DNA of 64,000 nt from Azolla caroliniana (taxonomy: Eukaryota; Plantae; Polypodiophyta), in contig JBHGNT010000010.1 of NCBI GenBank assembly GCA_043228905.1, positions 15,748,001 to 15,812,000 of the forward strand, written 5' to 3'. The notes under the pieces are model-generated. The model was given only the letters and a program-made list of their open reading frames with translations, ran no database searches and had not been told where the DNA came from. Every line of letters begins with the position of its first letter. Position 1 is the first letter of the stretch. Shown here one piece after another: positions 60,101 through 64,000 of this stretch. Made by a program: the position numbers and the translations under genes.

Positions 60101-62214
60101 GATCCCCACACCGGTTCCGGAGACTCCAGCTGTGCTGCCATCGTGGCAACGTGAGACCGAGGGAGAAGGAAGGTGGCGGCGGGAAACGGGACCCGGCTAC
60201 GCGGAAGACACGAGGAGAGTCTGGGAGGGACTCAAACAAAAGACACCCGAGTTTCGGCAAGCATAGAAACGGAGTCCGGTCCTATGGGACCCTCACACTA
60301 ATCCGGAGACTCCGGCAGTTCGGCCAACGTGGCAATGTGAGACCGAGGGAGAAGGACAGTGGCGGCAGGGAACGGGACCCGACGACACGAGGTTCGGAAG
60401 AAGCCGGTAAGGGCAAACACGGAGAGGTGTGTCAGGCCGGAAAGGCACACCTTGGGCAGAACAAGAGTCTCGCAAGTGGCCATCGCGGGCCAGATCGAAG
60501 CGTGCCTACGGGACGGTGTTCGGCGCGGGCGGGGCCGAACGAAGGAAGCGGAAGATGGCACAAGGGAGGTGCCGAGAACGAAGTGACAAGTGCCTAGTGG
60601 ACTGCACAGGGTCGGGATCAAGATGGCAAGAGAGGCCGGAGGAGGATCCTCCACACTCGCTTCGTAGATCTTGGTAGCTCCGTCGAAGTAACGAAGACTG
60701 ACACGGTAAGCCGGGGTGACAAGCTAGTGGGGACGAGGGGACGACGGCAAGCGGAAGACTCAGGACCTGTTGCAGCAGCACGGAGACGGGAAGGGCCAAG
60801 CGGGCTACTACGGGGTGTTCCTCGGATGCAGAGGACACCGGTATGCGGGTGAGCGGCGATGCATGATCTGGCCGGAAAGGGGCCGACGAGGCGTGCAATA
60901 AACCGGAGTGCAACATAGGCAGTGCCAAACCATGGGCGAGGGTACATGGCACACGGAGGTGCCGAAGCGGAAAGGCGAGTGCGGAGAACGTCGGAAAGGG
61001 ATCCTCCACACCGTTCCGGAGACCATGGCGGTTCGAGCCGACGCAGCGATGTGAGACCATGGAGAAGGAAGGAGGCGGCAGAAGGATGAAGGCAACGTGA
61101 AACACCATCGGGACATCACAATCCGACAACAGAGGCCAAGCGGGCTGCCACGGGCATTCCTCAAGCGGAGGACATCGGGCATACGGCGGGAAGCGGGGCA
61201 TTCATACGGCCGAACAAGGGCCAACGGAAGAACGCGTACTACGGAGATCGCGGTAGAGGACCCATCGACGGGTCGAACGAGCCTACAGGGAGGCGAGCGC
61301 GAAGAAAGACTCGAAGCCGACGGATCTAACCGGCAGCTAGCCGGGATGCGGATCACGGGAGACCGGTTTCTCACTGGCCGAAATCTCTCACCCTTCAACC
61401 AGATTGGCACCTACCGGTGGACGTGCAGTTAGGTGGGGGCGGATATCGTGAAGAATTTCGGCCATAGGTGAAAACCGGGAAACATTGGCTACATCGGCGG
61501 GGTGCAGCGTGTGTACGCACCCATGTACATTTAGTGTGAATATCGAGAGCGCCTTTATGGCGCCCAAGAGTAGTCAAGTCGGGACAGACGATCCCATGTA
61601 GGTCGGGGTTTGTCCCACATTGTAACGCATCCCTTTCCTTGATCTATAAAAGGAAGGGAACGCCCTTTGTGTAGGGGTTGCCCATTTTTGCATTAGAGGG
61701 TATACCGGTAGGGTTAGGGTTAGGTTTCTTCTGCTTCTTCTTCTTTCCCTTCGTGTTCGCTTAGGTTTTGCTTCAGCTCATCTCCTGCGCAAGACCCCGC
61801 TCGGCGTGACAAGCCTGTGAGCTCCCCGACAGCGGCTTGGCAGCAGATGACTACTGAAACCTACCTCAGTCCGGCTCGAAGCCGGGAATGTATTCTTCTT
61901 CTATATATATACATATATGTTTGCGTCTGTCTGTGTATATTGGCGTCTTGTTGGTGTCGGGTGCTCCCCTTCTTCCCTGCGTTTCTTGTACATAAGGGTG
62001 TGAATCGAGTCGGGCTGTGTGTGGGTGTGTGTGCGTGAGTCGGTGTTAAGCACGCTCTCTCTCTCTCGCTCGCTCTCTCTCCCTTCGGTTGCTTCCGGTG
62101 TGTTTTTGAGATGCCCGAAAAGCAGTGAAGCACGACTTCCTACACTCCGTCGCTCCCTAGTCCAAGACCCCCGTGGTCCCGCCTTTCCCCACGCACGCGC
62201 GTAACAACGCGACA
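57196..62214 (+). mobile_element. Non-autonomous gag-only LTR element X2 (~5.0 kb; TR-GAG-like organisation) of the Trp-primed Gypsy family
   Basis: LTRs 57196-57968 and 61444-62214; PBS TGGTGAACCCGACGTGA at 57973-57989; PPT at 61428-61443; flanks ACGT and ATGT; no PR, RT or IN. Confidence 0.9.
58006..59424 (+). CDS. gag: Gag-like protein of X2 (472 aa): capsid-like N-half homologous to the autonomous Gag, then a low-complexity tail
   Basis: RFNGDKVPSYLEAYNAEM, WEAFEEALLKAYG, FREFERRLARL and VLLFVRSID align with QFDGRDATKYLASYGAEM, WEEFEGRLLEKYG, LREFEENFARL and VLLFVKSVD. No CCHC knuckle or protease. Confidence 0.82.
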   Translation: MESEDDELAEMVAEVVLESARVVIRREAAQQAVERVVERVNRFNGDKVPSYLEAYNAEMEERGVDEALRLEFFCRVVAGRMHAEIKELREAHSSWEAFEEALLKAYGGRRKSRGRHDFDQWVASAKTHRGATKAFREFERRLARLPEREQGLVGVDKVLLFVRSIDRAEREDIGIELEDDDGANGLTEDGSKVGRVCQRLDNERAEKAKRKVRDGVPSQWEEAERQRESARIGVGARIAEAYATLEAMLEEEERRRPQAETEKTDLPHATAEDRYVGTTGEGAERNALSTCGDRTAKDEAELPIAEPERWDHQFRACQPEIPVIGEASPDGACAIGKKTTADHGEPVAMDKGVKRTGDSLCLPTLAPETMAVGPECPRESQAEEGSSDRPRITGETIRGRNGRKPTDPIPENSAFGPAWPCKTEEMDGGTEESWHDASEVGWETTCEEAKDRSGTRRSSFRYRWGVIRSWIV

Positions 62215-63506
62215 ATGTGCGGTTAGGTGGGGGCGGATGTCGTGAAGAATTTCGTCCAGAGGTGGAAACCGGGAAACATTGGCTACATCGGCGGGGTGCA
62301 GCATGTGTGCTCACCCTTGTACATTTAGTGTGAATAACGAGGGCGCCTTTATTGCGCCGAAGAGTAGTTAAGTCGGGATTTATCCCACATTGTAACGCAT
62401 CCCTCTCCTTGTTCTATAAAAGGAAGGGAGTGCCCTTTGTGAAGGGGTTGCCCATTTTGGCGTTAGAGGGTATACCGTTAGATTTAGGGTTAGTTACGCT
62501 TGTTCTTCTTCTTCCCCCTTCGTGTTTTGCTTAGGGTTTGCTTTGGCTCGGCCTCCTGTGCAAGACCCCGCTCGGCGCGACGAGCCGAGAGCTCCCCGAC
62601 GGCGGCTTGACAGCAGACGACTGTTGTAACCTACCTTGGTCCGGCTCGAAGCCGGGAATGTATTCTTCCTTTTATATATATACATTTGCGTCTGTCTGTG
62701 TATATTCGCATCTCTGTTGGTGTCGGGTGCTTCCCCTTTCCTGCGTTTCCTGTACATAAGGGCGTGAGTCGGGTCGGCATGTGTGTGTATGTGCGTGTGT
62801 GTGCGTGAGTCGGTGTGAAGCGCGCGCTCCCTCTTTTTCTCTCTCTCCCTTCGGTCGCTTCCGGTGTTCTTCTGGGATTCCCCGGAAACGGTGAAGCATG
62901 ACTTCCTACGCTCCGTCACTCCCTAGTCCAAGACCCCCGTGGTCCCACCTTTCTCCACGCGCGCGCGTAGCAACGCGACAACGTGTGATGTGCGCTCAAT
63001 TGTAAATATAAAAATAAGACTAAAGCCTAGTAACATTTAAGTACATACATAGGGGTAGAAGCAAGGCTTGAACCTTGCACCTCCAAGATAGGAGACAAAT
63101 TAACTTACCACTAAAGCCACTATTGAGTGCTTTAAAATTTGTATATTTTCTTTTCATATTCAATATTTTGTAGGAAGCAAACATATAGAAACCGTGGGCA
63201 CAAAACCATGGTTTTAGCCCATGGTTTCAACTCGTGGTTTTAGCCCATGGGTTTAGCCCATGGTTTTTGCATGGAGAGACCTATAAAAGCCTATAGTTGG
63301 GCTTGTATAAGGAAGGCAAGTGATGTAAGTAAAAAAGAAACTTTTAATCAAAGATCTGAGTTATCCTAATGGTGACGTATCTTGTCTCGTAAAACTAAAG
63401 GCAAGGGTTCAATCTCTATCTCAATCTCTCTCTTTTTCTCTCTCTTCATCCATCTATCTATCTTCAATACTTGTTGTCCATAGGCCAGAAATATAAATTA
63501 GTTAAA

Positions 63507-63968
63507 TGTAATACGCCGGTAGGTAAGGCGAGTTAGGAAAACGCCGAGTTTCGAGCCTCACAGTCAGCCGACCGCTCGGCTCTGTATGAAGAAAAAGTAT
63601 ATAAACCAAGGTCTGCGTACCTCAGCAAGGGGGGAGATACCTACCTAGATCATTCTGAGCGAGAGTAATATCATAGGAGCAAGCTCTGTAAGTACTATTT
63701 CCGGTTGAGGCCGAGTATTGTAATCACTGTAAGCTTTATCATGGAATATAAGTTTCGTCTTTTCTAAACTCCTATCTGTGTATTCTCCCCGTACTCGTAA
63801 TTCGGGCTACGTTAATACTTAACGGGTTGTAGCCCGTGCACGATCCTTGTTCTCTTTTTTCCCGTGTAGAAGAAGCTTCCACGTAATACGATCCCTTGAC
63901 ACCGATAGCCTGTGGGCTCATCGAAGGTGTTTTCCAAAGGAATGGATAACAATACTTTCTCACTTACA
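63507..63968. mobile_element. Probable LTR of another family
   Basis: Inverted termini TGTAA...TTACA and TATA-like GTATATAAAC. No TSD or clear PBS was seen, and it is near the window edge. Confidence 0.4.
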
Positions 63969-64000
63969 CTGCTAAAAACATCGAATCCTTCCGGTCCAGG

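Larger units (their letters stand above)
55242..62980 (+). mobile_element. Non-autonomous element X1: 3' internal region 55242-57195, PPT 62222-62237, 3' LTR 62238-62980; 5' half missing; interrupted by X2
   Basis: The internal region is homologous to X2 (about 59600-61424). The X1 sequence GGTGGACGT|...|ATGTGCGGTTAGGTGGGGGCGGA is rejoined when X2 is removed. Confidence 0.85.

Noticed and set aside
56065-61410. 200-300 aa minus-strand ORFs in X1/X2 internal regions as accessory antisense genes
   Set aside because: Frames and boundaries are not conserved between the homologous X1 and X2 segments.
55242-61443. Repeat modules as a CRISPR-like array
   Set aside because: The repeats are degenerate and irregularly spaced, the intervening sequences are themselves repeated, there are no cas genes, and the context is a eukaryotic retroelement.

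Overview
Plant nuclear DNA, most likely a fern (inferred from the style of the PLS-class PPR repeats and the transposon lineages). It is dominated by nested transposable elements. The one clear host gene is an intronless PLS/E-class PPR protein (4295-6967, minus) whose C-terminus has been rewritten by an interleaved inverted duplication; a possible small orphan gene lies at about 34.4-34.9 kb. Left of the PPR gene, a hAT-type MITE contains a 5'-truncated L1 LINE. From 8.4 to 28.2 kb there is a four-level nest with readable target-site duplications: a pogo/Tigger-like transposon holds a solo LTR, which holds a decayed Ty1/Copia, which holds two young Copia elements. From 37.6 to 63 kb there is a chain of truncated LINE, Copia and Gypsy pieces. 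This chain includes a near-intact tRNA-Trp-primed Ty3/Gypsy element and two gag-only non-autonomous relatives sharing its cis signals. The most notable signals are: (1) a candidate -1 frameshift cassette (G GAU UUU, 6-nt spacer, H-type pseudoknot) between Gag-protease and RT; (2) an apparent 4-bp ACGT target-site preference of this Gypsy family; (3) a duplicated PPT with a ~245-codon Pol tail in a Copia; (4) the A-B'-A'-B inversion at the PPR 3' end. All coordinates and identities were read by eye and no searches were run.
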